From Octopus vulgaris (Eukaryota): DNA of 64,000 nt. Below, piece by piece: positions 12,605-26,244 of the stretch. The DNA lies in NCBI GenBank assembly GCA_951406725.2, contig OX597816.1:151590001-151654000 (forward strand). Direction: 5' to 3'. Made by a program: the position numbers and the translations under genes. How positions within the stretch are numbered: position 1 is the first letter of the stretch; the number at the start of each line of letters is the position of its first letter. Below the pieces are notes generated by a model, which did no database searches, was not told the origin of the DNA, and was given only the letters and a program-made list of their open reading frames with translations.

Positions 12605-14200
12605 TTATGCAGAGTCTGACCACCTCTTGTACTTACGCCTTAGATCCATCGTGGTGTTTGATGTGGCTTTTAAAACCAAACAATGTATTAAAAGACACCC
12701 ACATAGATTGCATATCTGATTTGGACCACCATGAGCTGCAGTTAAGTTCTGATCTTTGTGGATCTTAAAATATCTTTTGAAGCCTCCGTTAGATTTGCAG
12801 ATCTTATGGCTTACGCAGCATTGAAAGGTGTGCACAGATATATAGGCAGAGTAGTTGGTGGCGGTTCGTTTTTCATGGGTCCGCAAATGAGATTTGAGTC
12901 CAGCAAAAAAAAGGCGTGATATGCCACAGACTGTGCGCACAAAAAGGTCGCTGAGATTTACCTTCTCGTTGATCGCAACATTCTTCTTTAAATCTCTCTT
13001 GAGTTTTTCACGGCAAAAGATTAAGAAAGCCTACCACCAAAATTAACTCTAGCCTTCATATCTTGATGCAAACCCCTAATCATATTTACAATTTTTTCAG
13101 GGCAACCTATTTTCCTTAGAATTAGCCACAGAACATTTCGATTAACAGTATCAAATGCCTTGCTTGAATCAACAAAGCAGTGATATAGAGCAAGATTCTG
13201 TTCAATGCACTTTTCCTGAAATTGTCTGATACTAATGATACAATCAATTATGCCCCTGGAGGAGCGAAAACCACATTGAGACTCAGACACTATATTTGGA
13301 ACTATGAAGGTATTTATAGTACCTTTCCAACTACAGACAAAAGCGAAATTCCATGAAAATTACCACACCGATCATTTGGCCCCGATTTATACAAGGAGTC
13401 TAAATTGGCATCATTCCAGTTTTGAGGCGCTTCTTCAGTTCTCCAATAGTGACAAATTAATATATTTAAGAGTTCAAACATTTTGTCACCCTCATATTCA
13501 AGAACTTGCAGCCTGAAATATTTTTGTTTTGAAATCTTCCCATAGATTGTTTGGATCAAGATTGATACTTTCTATAGCATCATGGAATCTTTGCAAGTTG
13601 CTTGATAATTTGAAGTTTGCAACATTTAACTTTTTGGGTACCTTAGGACCAGACTGTCGACTTTTAGGCATTATCGAAAAATTCAGCTCCTTGCTCCTCT
13701 CATGGACCGAACACTTGAAAAATCTTTCATATCACGCTTTCTGATCAAAATATAATCTATGAGATACCAGTTCTTAGATCTTGGGTGCATCCAGGTGTTT
13801 TATATTTATTTTTCTGCTTAAACAGAGTGTTGGTAACAACCATATTATTCTCAGTACAAAACGTCAAAAGAGCTACTCCATTTTTATTACATGACGGCCC
13901 AAAACATGTCATGAAACATAGACCTTTCCAACGCTTGCGTTGAAATCTCCCAATATGACTAGTTTGTCTGAACTTGGTACTTTCTTCAATAATTGTGCTA
14001 GATCATCATAAAACTGTCCTACAGTTTCATCAGAATGAGACATTTTTGGTGCATAAATACTGACAACGGTAAGAAACCTGCCTTCTGTCAGTTTTGTACA
14101 ACATGACATGGTTCGTTCAGATATACCACTTGGAAATTCTGCAATCGAGGATAAAATGAATTCTTCAGAGCAAATCCAACACCAGAACCTGTTTTCTCGA
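12605..14200 (-). pseudogene. RTE-clade LINE with internal deletions (APE, RT, C-terminal zinc fingers)
   Basis: VVSIYAP...FYDDL...LVILGDFNASVG (APE); CGNFHGISLLSVVGKVL and ESQCGFR...FVDSSKAFDTV (RT); C2H2-like motifs at 12605-12940. Confidence 0.9.
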
Positions 14201-14215
14201 ATTTGTCCCTTATCT

Positions 14216-14320
14216 TGTAAATTGATTGTCGTGGTGGCGGATCAATGAGGAAGGTTTCTGCCCAATTCTGGTGTACTGTTTCTGTTTCAACACTTCCAGA
14301 TTTCCAGTAATTCTTTAGAA
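14216..14320 (-). pseudogene. Tc1/IS630-like transposase N-terminal HTH relic
   Basis: Translation RKWILKNYWK...VHQNWAETFLIDPPPRQSIYK. Confidence 0.4.
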
Positions 14321-15429
14321 TCCACTTTCTGTCGTATCTGTCAAGTTACTCGCCATTATGTTTCACGACCGCGAAAAATAAATTAGTCTGTGTGTGTTTG
14401 TGTGTGCGCGCGCGAGTGTGTATGTGTGTGTGTGTGAAGATGAGACAATCAATGCGATTTTCATTCCCAGTTAAAGCCATTCACTTACATCACCACCTTT
14501 AATTCTTTTCTAAGACATTTGAACTCTTCTTTCAAGGAGTTTTTCTGCAAAACATAACGGAGCCATTTTGATAAATCATCCTCCAGAACGAATAAGACTT
14601 CCAGAAATTTGCAAGTGTTTAAAAAGGCTTTTGCATAGAAGAATATTCTTAAGAGGATTCCCGAAATCCTTGGAAAAACTGGATCTCAGAACTGTAGGAG
14701 AATAAAGCACTCGTTAATGACATATTGCTCCTTCTCATTACAACAATGAGCCGTACCTGTTTCCTAGCATCTATTTACAGTTACACGACTATGCAAAAAT
14801 AAGGGTCAAATGTCTTATTCATGGGTAGTGTGCTACGCCGTTGGTGAGATACGAACTGTGAATTCTCCATTCGGTATTTATGACTCCGACCCAACAAGAT
14901 CAACTACAATTCTTTATATAAATTTGGCTGTGAGAAAGGAGATGAGAAGATGATTTGGTGTTTTTTTGAGAAACCTTATTTTTACGTTTTGAAATGAAAC
15001 CTACACGATAATGCTAGCTCCAATCCAGCAATTTCAACAAATGGCTATTCCTTTTACTCTCTTTCTTGCTTAGTATCAACACTGCTTATGTAACTAATTA
15101 CTTCAGTTTACTATGATTACTATCCAGCTGCTTAAGTTTGGAGAGAGAAAAGAATAAACATGTAAATGTATAAACAAGTTGCAATATTTAAGTATCTCTC
15201 ACACATGCACATACACATAAAGACGAATAAGTGTATATCAAATATCATGCAAGATAAATTTTTGATTTATTGAAATTATCTCCGCTTCCAGAGACATTAG
15301 AAAAATTGCTTGGCGGCGAAACTGAGTGGAATAACAACATATCAGTGGCATACAACATAAATTCAAGGTGTATTGTAAATTGTAGGTGCTTCCAGAATCG
15401 GTAGAACAATATATAAGCATCTGTGTGCA

Positions 15430-15602
<173 letters not shown>

Positions 15603-15748
15603 TCAAAATAGAATGTATTTTCACAAAGTTTCGCATCACACATGCTCAGTCATACAATATTGAGATGAATCATCTCATTTTCACATTATTGAGCGCACAT
15701 GACATGAAACTTTGATCAGCAAAGGTGTAAAGGCATGTGTGACGCGAA

Positions 15749-16145
15749 ACTTTTACTTGTTTCAGTCATTTGACTGCGGCCATGCTGGAGCACCGCTTTT
15801 AGTCGAGCAGATCGACCCCGGGACTTATTCTTTGTAAGCCCAGTACTTATTCTATCGGTCTCTTTTGCCGAACCGCTAAGTGACGGGGACATAACCACAC
15901 CAGCATCGGTTGTCAAGCAATGCTAGGGGGACAAACACAAACACACAAACATATACACACACATACATATATATACATATATACGACAAGCTTCTTTCAG
16001 TTTCCGTCTACCAAATCCACTCACAAGGCATTGGTCGGCCCGGAGCTATAGCAGAAGACATTGCCCAAGATGCCACGCAGTGGGACTGAACCCGGAACCA
16101 TGTGGTTGGTAAGCAAGCTACTTACCACACAGCCACTCCTGCGCC
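15749..16145 (-). mobile_element. SINE family A, full length
   Basis: Complete head, body and tail; highly similar to 3823-4182 and 40160-40522. Confidence 0.9.
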
Positions 16146-17706
16146 TATATATATATATATTTGACTTAAAGTTAAATAGATATTTACAAGGATTTGGGTT
16201 TGATATTTTAGTAGCTATTGAGACAATTTTGGACATGTTTAGTCACATTAAACCTCCTCAACGTAGTAAAATATATAACAACCAGTCCAGAGAAAGACTT
16301 GGAGATTATGTTATTTTGGGGTGAAAATGAGTGTTCCGTAAAGAGATATTAAAAAGCAGGGGTAAAACAAGAGGGAAAAAAGAACAGATCCCATAAAGAA
16401 GCCATTCACGCCTCTAGCGCGATGGAATTTGTTCTCTCAACCCAGAACAACCCGTTGCATGGTCGAACCGTCGGAGATTAAACCGGCAACGATGCCTGTT
16501 TGATAAGGAAGATGGGTTTCGTTGTAACGGTTTGTATGTATCAAAGAGATAAGAAGAAAATATATTAGTTAAAATGGCCCTTCCTTATTCTGTAGGTAAT
16601 TAACTTCATCTATGAGTGACTGCTAGAAGAGTGGTGGCAAAAGGAGAAAGAAAGAGCGTAAAAGTTGTATAGTCCCTCACTTAAAGTGCCTCATCCATCG
16701 GCGCCAAAAGAAAGAAGGAAGAACTGAATTTGGGTTCTGTATTTATATTTTCTCTAACTAAATTAGGTCAAGCTAGACAAAGGAATTTCCATCTCTTATC
16801 TGCCTGAATCCTATTTAACCCAAGAATGTTAACTGTGTCAGTTGACACTCATAAATTTCTAAATGGAAAGCCAAGAATAGTAGGAAGGGAACCGATAGTA
16901 AAATGTAAATTCGGTTTCGAATCCTAGCTTAGAATCGAGGAAGCTGTATGTTACAATCCTGTGGGACGAAAAAAAAAACCTGTCAAAGTACGGATGACCT
17001 TAGTAAAGTAAAAGGCTGGACGTGAGAGCAACTAGAGAGGTTCTCTCCAGTAGGAAAATGAAAAACCAAAATACACCCGCCTCATTGTAAAGTTGGAAAT
17101 CTCGCTCTTACTTGTTTCTGAACTTCTTTCTTTTCTTTTCTTTCTTTTTTTTTTTTTTTCGGAGAGAATCTTTGCGATTTTGTGTCAGGACGAGTATTGC
17201 TCTCAGCACGGGCGTTGCTGAAAGCCATTTTCTTTAATATCTAGGATAAAATAATTTGTTACAGATGGGCATACTCGTCTACATGTTGACAGGCTGCTTG
17301 TATGTACGTATGATGTATGTATAATGAATATATATATATATGATGCATGTGTGCATACGGCCTTGTAACTGAAAAGTTTATTTTTCAATCATGAGGTCAC
17401 AGGATGTGAAACTGAGTTGATGGAAACAGTGGAATTCAGTTCTTGTGATTGTATCAATAATTCCAAGGTCCAGCCTTGTCACACTATGTCACGACGATTC
17501 TACTTGAGTATTATGTTCACGGTACATGTGTCTGTAGTATACTTAGTCACATGTACAATAGGTGCACGTTTCAGTCGATGAAACAACTGGAATACTCATT
17601 ATAGAAGCTGACAGAAGCCTATCGATATTCTTATATGTGTGAGTGGTGTGTACATGTAAAAATACATGCGAGTCTGCACGTGTGCATGTAAATGTATGTA
17701 TATGTA

Positions 17707-17770
<64 letters not shown>

Positions 17771-17969
17771 ATCTGGCGCCCGTAGCAGACGATTCCCGTC
17801 TGCAAACGATATAAATATGTTTGCTTTTATGCACCGTTCGTCCATATGAGAGGTCTTTACAAAGTAAATAACGTAGTATTCAACGTTCTAACAAAACATA
17901 CACGTTAAGATAGATATAAAGATTGCCTTATATACATATACATACACACACACATACACATACACACAT

Positions 17970-18007
<38 letters not shown>

Positions 18008-18109
18008 CTCACTGTAAAGTTGTGTGAATGCATCACCTCTTTATTCATACATAAGAATGTATACTATCAACACCAAAAGGTGATGTATAAACGAGACAGA
18101 AAAAACGAG

Positions 18110-18381
18110 GAGATAGATAGATAGATAGATAGATTAGAGAGAGAGAGAGAGAGAGAGGACAAAGTGAGAGAGAGAAGGAGCAACGGGAGTGAGAGAGAGA
18201 GAGAAAGTGAAAGAGTGAGGGAAAGTGAGAGAGTGAGAGAAAGTGAGAGAGTGAGAGAGTGAGAGAAAGAGAGAGAAGAGAGAGAGAGAGAGAGAGGGCA
18301 AAGTGAGAGAGAGAAGGAGCAACGTGAGAGAGAGGGAGAGAGAGAGAGAAAGTGAGAAATTGAGAGAAAGAGAGAGAGAGA
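18110..18381. repeat. GA-rich low-complexity tract / minisatellite (GAGAGAAAGT-like units)
   Basis: Direct inspection. Confidence 0.9.
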
Positions 18382-18639
18382 GCCTTTCGCTGGAACATCT
18401 GTTTTAAATCAGACACATGCCTAAGAATATCTTATTAGATATTGTATTAATACCCTGCGGGGTTTTGCTTTAAAAGTATGTTTTTTTAGAACTCAATCTC
18501 TTTCCTAATAAGAATCTCGATTCATTTGGAAAATATTTCAGGGTGAAAATCTATCTTCATTTGAGAGACTTGGCAATTTGATTTAATAAACAATTAGTGT
18601 GGAAGATTTAATAATTAGTGTGTTTGGCTTAATAAACAA

Positions 18640-18806
18640 TTGGTGTGGTTGCGTGGTAAGAAGTTTGCTTTCCAGTCACACAGTGCCGAGTTCAGTTCCT
18701 CCCCAGCGTGACATCTGGGGTAAGTGTTTTCTCTTATATCCTTGGGTCGACCAAAGCTTTGTGAGTGGATTTGGTAGAGGAGGAAACTGAAAGAAGCCTT
18801 TCGTAT
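18640..18806 (+). mobile_element. SINE family A, 5' half, diverged
   Basis: tggtaagaagtttgcttt...gtcgaccaaagctttgtgagtggatttggtag...gaaactgaaagaagcc. Confidence 0.75.
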
Positions 18807-19430
18807 ATATATATACATGTGTGTGTATTATCGGGCACTGATTTCATAAAATAACAACGCAGTATTTTTTTTTTTTAAATAGCGCTAGATTTTTTCTCTC
18901 AGTATTTTGCACATATAATTATAATTACACATGCGAAATGTTTATAAAATATGAATAATACGCAAATAATTATTTACGTATTAATATTTTATTACAATGC
19001 TAATTAATTTCTTTTCTAGCATTGAAAGATTATTTTCATTTTGCGATTGCTTTCTCTTGAAGGACAAATTGAAATTTTATTGTAATGTTAACGATTATAT
19101 CGTGTGTGGGGAGGTTGTATGAACATTCAATTTATTTGTAGTGATAGTACAAAGTTTTTGTTTAAAAAAAATTTGGGCGAGCTTATTACGCCAATTTGGG
19201 AATATAACTTGAGATTCAGACAAAAACTGAGCCTCTCACAGTGCCTGCCATTGTTTTTTGTGAGAACTAAAACAATAAACAAAAGGTAAAAAGTGCGCCC
19301 TTGCATTTGGTATTCCAATGATATCATGGGGGAGAACCAGACAGTCGTAGTCGTGTTTGTAGGGAGCAGAAAGAATTGTTTTTCTTAATCTTCCCTCTGT
19401 AGGATTGTAGGGATCTGCTCCATCTGGTAA

Positions 19431-20040
19431 TAAGTTAAATTAAGTTAAGTTAATTTTTTGGCTCAAAAAGCAAAAAGCAAGGCCATGTAGGGGGACATGG
19501 AGTTATGTACAGGGAGGGTGTTCATGCAAAGAGTTCAGGCCATTTCTGGTCAAGAGAGTCTTTGAACCGAGCGGTCGTCGGCATCTTCACTATCTCGTCC
19601 GGCAGCTTGTTCCACAGATCCGCAACCCGGACGGAGAAAGCCCCTCTCCTTCGATTGAGATGAAATCGTCGCAGATAGAGCTTTTCGGAGTAACCCCGCA
19701 GCCGACGCTCTGGAGCAGAAGTGAAGAACAGCTCTTTCGAGAGGTTACACTTTCCGCTTATGATGTTGTGAGCAAGAATGAGATCACCACGGTGTCGTCG
19801 TTTTTCTAGAGAATAAAGGTCGAGCGTCTTCAGCCTTTCTTCATAAGACAAATGCTTGAGACCAAAAACCATGCGGGTAGCCAGCCTCTGGACTCTTTCG
19901 AGATGATGTATGTCTTTGAGGAGATAAGGAGAAGAAGCTTGAATCCCGTACTCCAATATGGGTCTCACCAGCGTGACATAGAGCGGTAGGAATATGGCTG
20001 CTGTGAGCATTCCGAATGACCGTCGAAACAGAACTCCGGT
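19431..20040 (-). mobile_element. 5'-truncated CR1-clade LINE (ORF2 C-terminus, 3' UTR, (TTAAC)n-like tail)
   Basis: Open frame LYVTLVRPILEYG...LERVQRLATRMV...SYEERLKTLDLYSLEKRR.RGDLI...FSVRVADLWNKLP; short tandem tail at 19431-19453. Confidence 0.9.
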
Positions 20041-20574
20041 AATCTTATGCATCAAATCACTCAAAGGAAGTAGACGATGAAGAATTTGTTCTAACGTGTC
20101 CCAACACTGAATCACTGCTATTCTCCCAGGATGAACTTAATGGCTTAGTAAGAAATCACGGTTTCCTCAAAAGACGCTACAGAGGTTTTGAGGGTCTTCG
20201 TTAAAAAATAAAACCGTATTATATCTAGACAACTTTTTCATGGTACCGAAATAGAGAAAATGTATTTGCTGTTTATTTCAAGAAATATGGAACCTTACTG
20301 TGATGTATTGTCCCTTATGTAAATGCAATAATGTAAACTAGTGGAAATTATAATGCAATAGGATGATGGTTATTTATAAATTAATTTAAATGAAGCTTGA
20401 AAGAGCTTCTCTCTAACGGTTGTGATAAATATGCATTAATAATTGTTGCCCATTATGAGTGTTGAAAATAACCGTACCAAAATTTGGCAAATCTCGCGTA
20501 AAGCAACAACAACAAAGACCTTCGGTTTATATGCGAAAGTTTGTTTATATATGGGAAAGCTAATTTTTTTAATT

Positions 20575-20742
20575 CTTAAAATGATGGCTAGAATGCTGCT
20601 GATCATAAAGTTGGTCCCTCAGTGCTGACCTGGGTTCAAACAGCGACAAGAAGAAGAAGAAGAAGAAGAAGAAGAAGAAGAAGAAGAAAAAGAAGAAGAA
20701 GAAGAAGAAGAAGAAGAAGAACAAGAACAACAACAACAACAA

Positions 20743-20781
<39 letters not shown>

Positions 20782-20785
20782 CAAC
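20575..20785 (+). repeat. SINE family D tail followed by (GAA)n(CAA)n(CAG)n microsatellite
   Basis: gctgacctgggttcaaaca runs directly into the trinucleotide array at 20647-20785. Confidence 0.8.
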
Positions 20786-22748
20786 CTGCTAAACTAGCTG
20801 CTTCCTAAACATGGCAAGTGTAAAGTGACAAGTACTAAATTGTTTGAAAGAGAAAGGGTGTTTTGTGATTAGTGGTCAACATGGAATCATGACATATCTA
20901 TCATTCAAGGAGTGTGAAATCAAGATATACTTGACCTCAATAGTAGTCAAACAAAGGTCAGTTACTGGCCACACGCTCAGAACTATTCGAAATATGTAGT
21001 CTTCAGTTCCTTAAATTTCCAGATGCTTAAACCCATGTTGTTGGCATCCTTTTTGTCTCGGGAGACAATGGATTTGCGCATAAAGTAGTCTAGTCCGGCT
21101 TTTACATTTCATGTCCTGATACATTTCCTGCTGTGGCATAGATTAAACCCATAGATTAAACGATTTTACTTCGGTATTTGTGTTGCTATTGTGTGAGGTG
21201 CATGAACGTTACATAATTTCATTTGAGATATTTTGCTTTCCGTAAAACTGATTTAGGCTTTAGAATATAATCACAACCGACAAAAAATTCTTATTTGAAA
21301 CTCGTATTTCAGGAAATTCGTTTTAATTGCTTCTCGCACTCGGTCATTGGTGACCCTAGCTTTGTTTTTCTCGAAGGCAAAAACAGAATCTTGTTAAATT
21401 TCTTCCAATCACTTGAAGTATTTCAACTTTACATCAGATTTTTTTTTTTTTAAATGTAGTTTTAAGAGAAAAATGAACGCGATTTTCATCATTAGCATGC
21501 GAACTACGTCAACGTAGAAAATTTTAAAACAAAGAAAAAAAAATGGAATCTGGTAAAAAATTGAAATACTTCAAATAGTTGGAAGAAATTTCAGGAGATC
21601 CCCAACAGTTTCAAAATCTCTTTAGGGCGCGCGAAGTGAACAGCATTAATTAAATTGGTTAGTGAAGTTACTCTTCGTACCATTAAAACTGGAGAGAAAT
21701 ATCTGATGGATACGGGTAATCTAAAAACTTCACTTTCTCGGCAGTTTTTGACCTCACCCCAAAGCCCCCACCCCAAAGTATCATGAACGTTGAAATTTTT
21801 CCAAATAAATTGGACTCAGATTCTCCGCAATTCATACTTGCTAAGGTTGCACAGGCCTAATGCTTAGCCTCCTTATGAAAAGAAATGGCTCTTCCCGAAG
21901 GGAAGTGTTCGGCTGTCTAGAAGAATTGTCTAGTTTTTGTTAATATTTCAAAAGAAACTTTTAAAGTAGGTGTACGTACATCCTCTTTAAGAGAAAAACC
22001 TCTAAGAGAAAAGTTTCCTTAGATAAGATCTCTTCAGCGAAATATTTCGCCTTCTCACATGCACACACAATATCGTTTGAGTGTCATTACTCAACTACAT
22101 ATCTCCGCCAAAATCAACGCCCCCAAAAAGTTACCCATGCAGTAACACTGCTGCATCATCTGTATAAAATTATCTACACAGCATAAATTTCGCAAACAAC
22201 ACCCAAAAGTATAATTAACTCAAGTACATACCATCACCACCACATACCACCTTCCTGTCACCAACTTATCATTTGCAAAGCACCACCACTCACACATCAT
22301 CATCGTCATATATCATCTTCACAATATCATCTCGTTATCATCACCACTACATCACCACTGCATTTATAGCACAACACTTTTATTAAACTTTTATCAAATG
22401 TTTAACCGTTAGGCTTGTCTGAAAAGAGGGGTTTTGTTTGAGAGGCTTCTGTCCTAGAGAACTTGTGACCGGGGGTGAGGATATTCCAGATCCAAATTCA
22501 AACAATATACTCTTTACTCTTTTATACATTTCAGTCATCTGAGTTCGGCCATGCTGGAGCACCGTCTTTAGTCGAAGAAATCGACCCCAGGACTTATTCT
22601 TTGTAAGCCTAGTACTTATTCTATAGGTTTTTTTTGCCGAACCGTTAAATTTCGGGGATATAAACACACCAGCATTGGTTGTCAAGCGATGGTGGGGTGT
22701 GTGTAACAAACACACACATACACACATAAATATATATACATATATATT

Positions 22749-23052
22749 TATAATATTATTAGAGACAAAACCACTATTTTGCAAAACAAACAAGGAAAGA
22801 CTTAATCAATACATAAAATTTTAATAAAAAGTCAAAAAAACCGCCACTACAATTGTTTCTTGTCTTGATCGACAATCTTCAGGTGGACTTCCAATAAGTC
22901 AGTTTCAAATTATGAAGTCTTTCCTTGTTTGTTTTGCAAAATAGTGGTTTTGTCTCTAATAATATTATATAATATTTTACTATAAAATTGGATTTAATCC
23001 TAAATCTGATTTTTTCCCTGTAAATTTGGATTTATTCCCTAATATTTATTAC
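22749..23052. mobile_element. Fold-back micro-element with hammerhead in the loop
   Basis: Perfect 55-bp inverted arms 22749-22803 / 22915-22969; ends in (TA)n. Confidence 0.75.
22844..22886 (-). ncRNA. Minimal type I hammerhead ribozyme, canonical core
   Basis: Minus strand ccac-CTGAAGA-ttgtc-gatcaa-gacaa-GAAAC-aatt-GTA-gtgg: all core nucleotides present, stems I and II paired, palindromic stem III, GUA cleavage triplet. Confidence 0.85.
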
Positions 23053-23061
23053 ATATATATT

Positions 23062-23117
<56 letters not shown>

Positions 23118-26100
23118 CATGACGAGCTTCTCCCAGTTTCTGCCTACCAAATCCACTTACGAGGATTTGGTTAACCCGAAGCTATAGTTGAAGAGAGTTG
23201 CCCAAGGTGCCAAGCAGTGGAACTGAACCCGGAACCATTTTTATTGTATATGCCTGCGCCTATATACAATAAAAATAATTAGTCATCCTGTTTATACTTG
23301 GCAAATTAAGATAGCTGTCAGATTGTGGTGTTAGTGTGATTTCCTCCACAGAATGTCTTTGATTTGAAATCTGGATCTGCAATTTCACAATATCTATAAA
23401 ACAAAAACGGCACTTTGTACACAATACTGAAAAATATTCTGATTCTTGCTGATACTAGAGAAATATATGTCAACCTACGTCTACATAACGGGAAGAAGAA
23501 AATTGCTTTCTATGTAAAAAATAAAGATAGAAATTCCATTTATGCTGTTATCAGTGGCATGAGATTAATACATTTTAATTGGCTTCTATGCATTATTGAT
23601 ATCAAAGATGAAGGCAACCAGCAGGCACCGGAAAATGTACGGCAGAATTTCTTTCGGTTCTTTATAATTACGTATCAAATCGCGTCGAGGTCAACTTTGT
23701 CTTTCATTCTTCCGGGGTCGATAAAAACAAAATACTTAACTTGGCAACATCGAATGTTTAATGTTGCGAAGAAAAATAAGACCATTTGTGTTATCGAGGA
23801 AATTAAATTGTTGAGAAGATTTTGGATTCGAGGCGATTGAAGATGAAAGAAAGGTCAAGTCTTTAAGATGAAGTTGCTACAACCGAGGCCTATTACCTCA
23901 GAATTATTTTTTTTTAAACAGTGTTGGCTATAACAAGAAATCAATGTATTGCTTTTTATAAAGAATTAATTTTGTTGTTGTATTGTGACAAACAAGATTA
24001 TTGTTGCATGTTTATTGTTAAGATTTCAAATTCGATTGAGAAACGTATGAAATGTTTGCAACGCGATGTGAGAAAGTGTGGCTTTGACACAATAGAAAAC
24101 AGAAAGATGGAAGTAGATTAAAATTGGATTCATTTGATTATTAGACATGCGTTTCTCTCTTTCTCTCTCCCTTGCTCTTTCGCTCTCCCTCTCTTTCTTT
24201 CTCCCTTTCTTTCTTTCTTTCTTTCTCTTCCTCTTCTTTCCCTTCTCTCTCTCCCTTCATCTTAACTAGGAGACTTACCGAGATTCAATTTACTCATTGC
24301 AGTTAATGACTCACCTACCGAAGGCTTGACGACAAGCCTTTTGTTCAAAATTGCCAATTACTGTATCATCCACAACAAATGCATGCTTTAACAGCCCAGG
24401 AAAGTGTTCAACCCAGCGATCTCTCTTGATTTAAGGAACAGTGAAGAACCTTCAACAGAAAGCAAAAGAGAATGGTACTGAGATTTTAGGACCTTAAGCT
24501 TGCCCTATGAAACAATAGAATGTCTTACTGTCGATAGCATCAACCACATCTTGAACGTTATCAGCAGGACCCTCCCTCTAAGTGTTCTGCATGGCAGAGT
24601 TAACATCAATGACTATCTGAGTAGTTTAGTTGATCATGTCCAACCTATGGTACAAACATTATTCCTCATGAATCTTCCATGTCGATAATTCGTCGATTCA
24701 CATGGTTAATGTTATTTAAAATTGGCACGAAGTTCACGATAATGAAAGACCATTGAGATTGATCTCTACAGCCACCAGATTTTGATATAATCGAATATTT
24801 ATGGTGCATTTTAAAGCAGCAAGTAAGGAGCCGCTTCCCTCCACCATCGTTGCTGAAAGCGCTAAAACAGGTTTTACTTGAAGTCTGGCTCAAAATTCCC
24901 CTAACAACCGTTTAGAATCAAACCCTCGACATGCTAAATAATAAAACTTCCTTTTACCACGGTGCTTCCTTTTTTTTTGTCCAACCCCTGTATGTTTATC
25001 GTGTGTGTTCGTGTGTACTTGTGTATTTGTGTACGTGTGTATGTGCGTTTGTGTACGCGTGTGTGTGTGTGTGTGTGTGTAATGTTTGCTTTTACGTGAA
25101 GTTATAAATAAAAACAATTCAGCATTAAATTGAAAAATTGTTCAATACTTTTTAGTAGAGTACACATTTACTAATTTTTACAAGGAAACGTTGACTGTGA
25201 CATCGAAGTTTTGATTTACCAACCGTTATCAGACTGACTGGTGATGACTGGTAAACCGAAATTTTTGAAGTCACTGATAACCTTTTCCTCGTAAAAGTCT
25301 CTCAACTCCCTCCTCATCCCTTTCTCCCCCCCCCTCTCTCTATATATATATGCACGTGTGTAGCATACATATATACATAAACATATATATAGTTAAAGCT
25401 TAACGATTTTACTGTTTACTCCACTATTACCTCTAGGTCTGCCAACATCAACAGCGGAGAGTAAATATAAAGGATGTCGAGTTAAATTTTCTGAGTTTCC
25501 TGATAATAATCTATAAGTGTAGAAAGAAAGATTATATTAGAATTTTATCTTTTAGTTTCTTAAATAGTTTCCGAAGCAACTGGAAATACTTTTATTTATT
25601 TATTCATTATTTTTACACTATCTGTTTCTATTACAATTTAATGTAGTGTGAAACCCCACAGTTTCAGTCAAGAATATATTCCAGTTGTTGTTGTTGTTGT
25701 TGCTGCTTATCTTTCGTCGACGACATAAGCGAGAAGAAATATTCTGGCTATGACTGGAAATGAATGAAAAATTGAAGAAGCCAATAGATTTTAATCCTAA
25801 AGAAACACAACAAATAAGCAAAGGAAAATATATGAGTTTAAATCTTTGTATGTATGCTTGAATACAGCTGCGTGTTTGTGTGTGTTAGTTTTCCCAGTTG
25901 CCATTTACTATTTGTTGGTAGTTTGACTTCGTTCCTATGTGAGTGTGCAATGTACTTTAAACGAAGTTTATAAGCATGCTCCTCAATATACATTTATAAA
26001 ACTCTGTGTGTGTGTGTGTGTGTGTTGTATGTGTTGTGTGGGTGTGTGTTTATATTTCAAGTATATATGTAGTTTTTTTATTATAAAGATATGTAGAATT

Positions 26101-26146
26101 CAATGACACGCTATCTTAAAGATAGTGTTTGTCAGTGACATATTTC

Positions 26147-26244
<98 letters not shown>
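26147..26244. repeat. (TATC)n microsatellite
   Basis: Direct inspection. Confidence 0.95.

Larger units (their letters stand above)
22507..23260 (-). mobile_element. SINE family A interrupted at its internal TA tract by a fold-back micro-element
   Basis: The 3' half (22507-22740) and 5' half (23120-23260) are collinear with intact copies. Confidence 0.85.

Noticed and set aside
22010-22040. CTGAAGA…GAAAC on the minus strand
   Set aside because: Stem II and stem I cannot form properly and there is no GUH/UH context; likely chance.
24260-24900. GC-richer block that might be a LINE endonuclease relic or exon
   Set aside because: No convincing motif in any frame; left unannotated.
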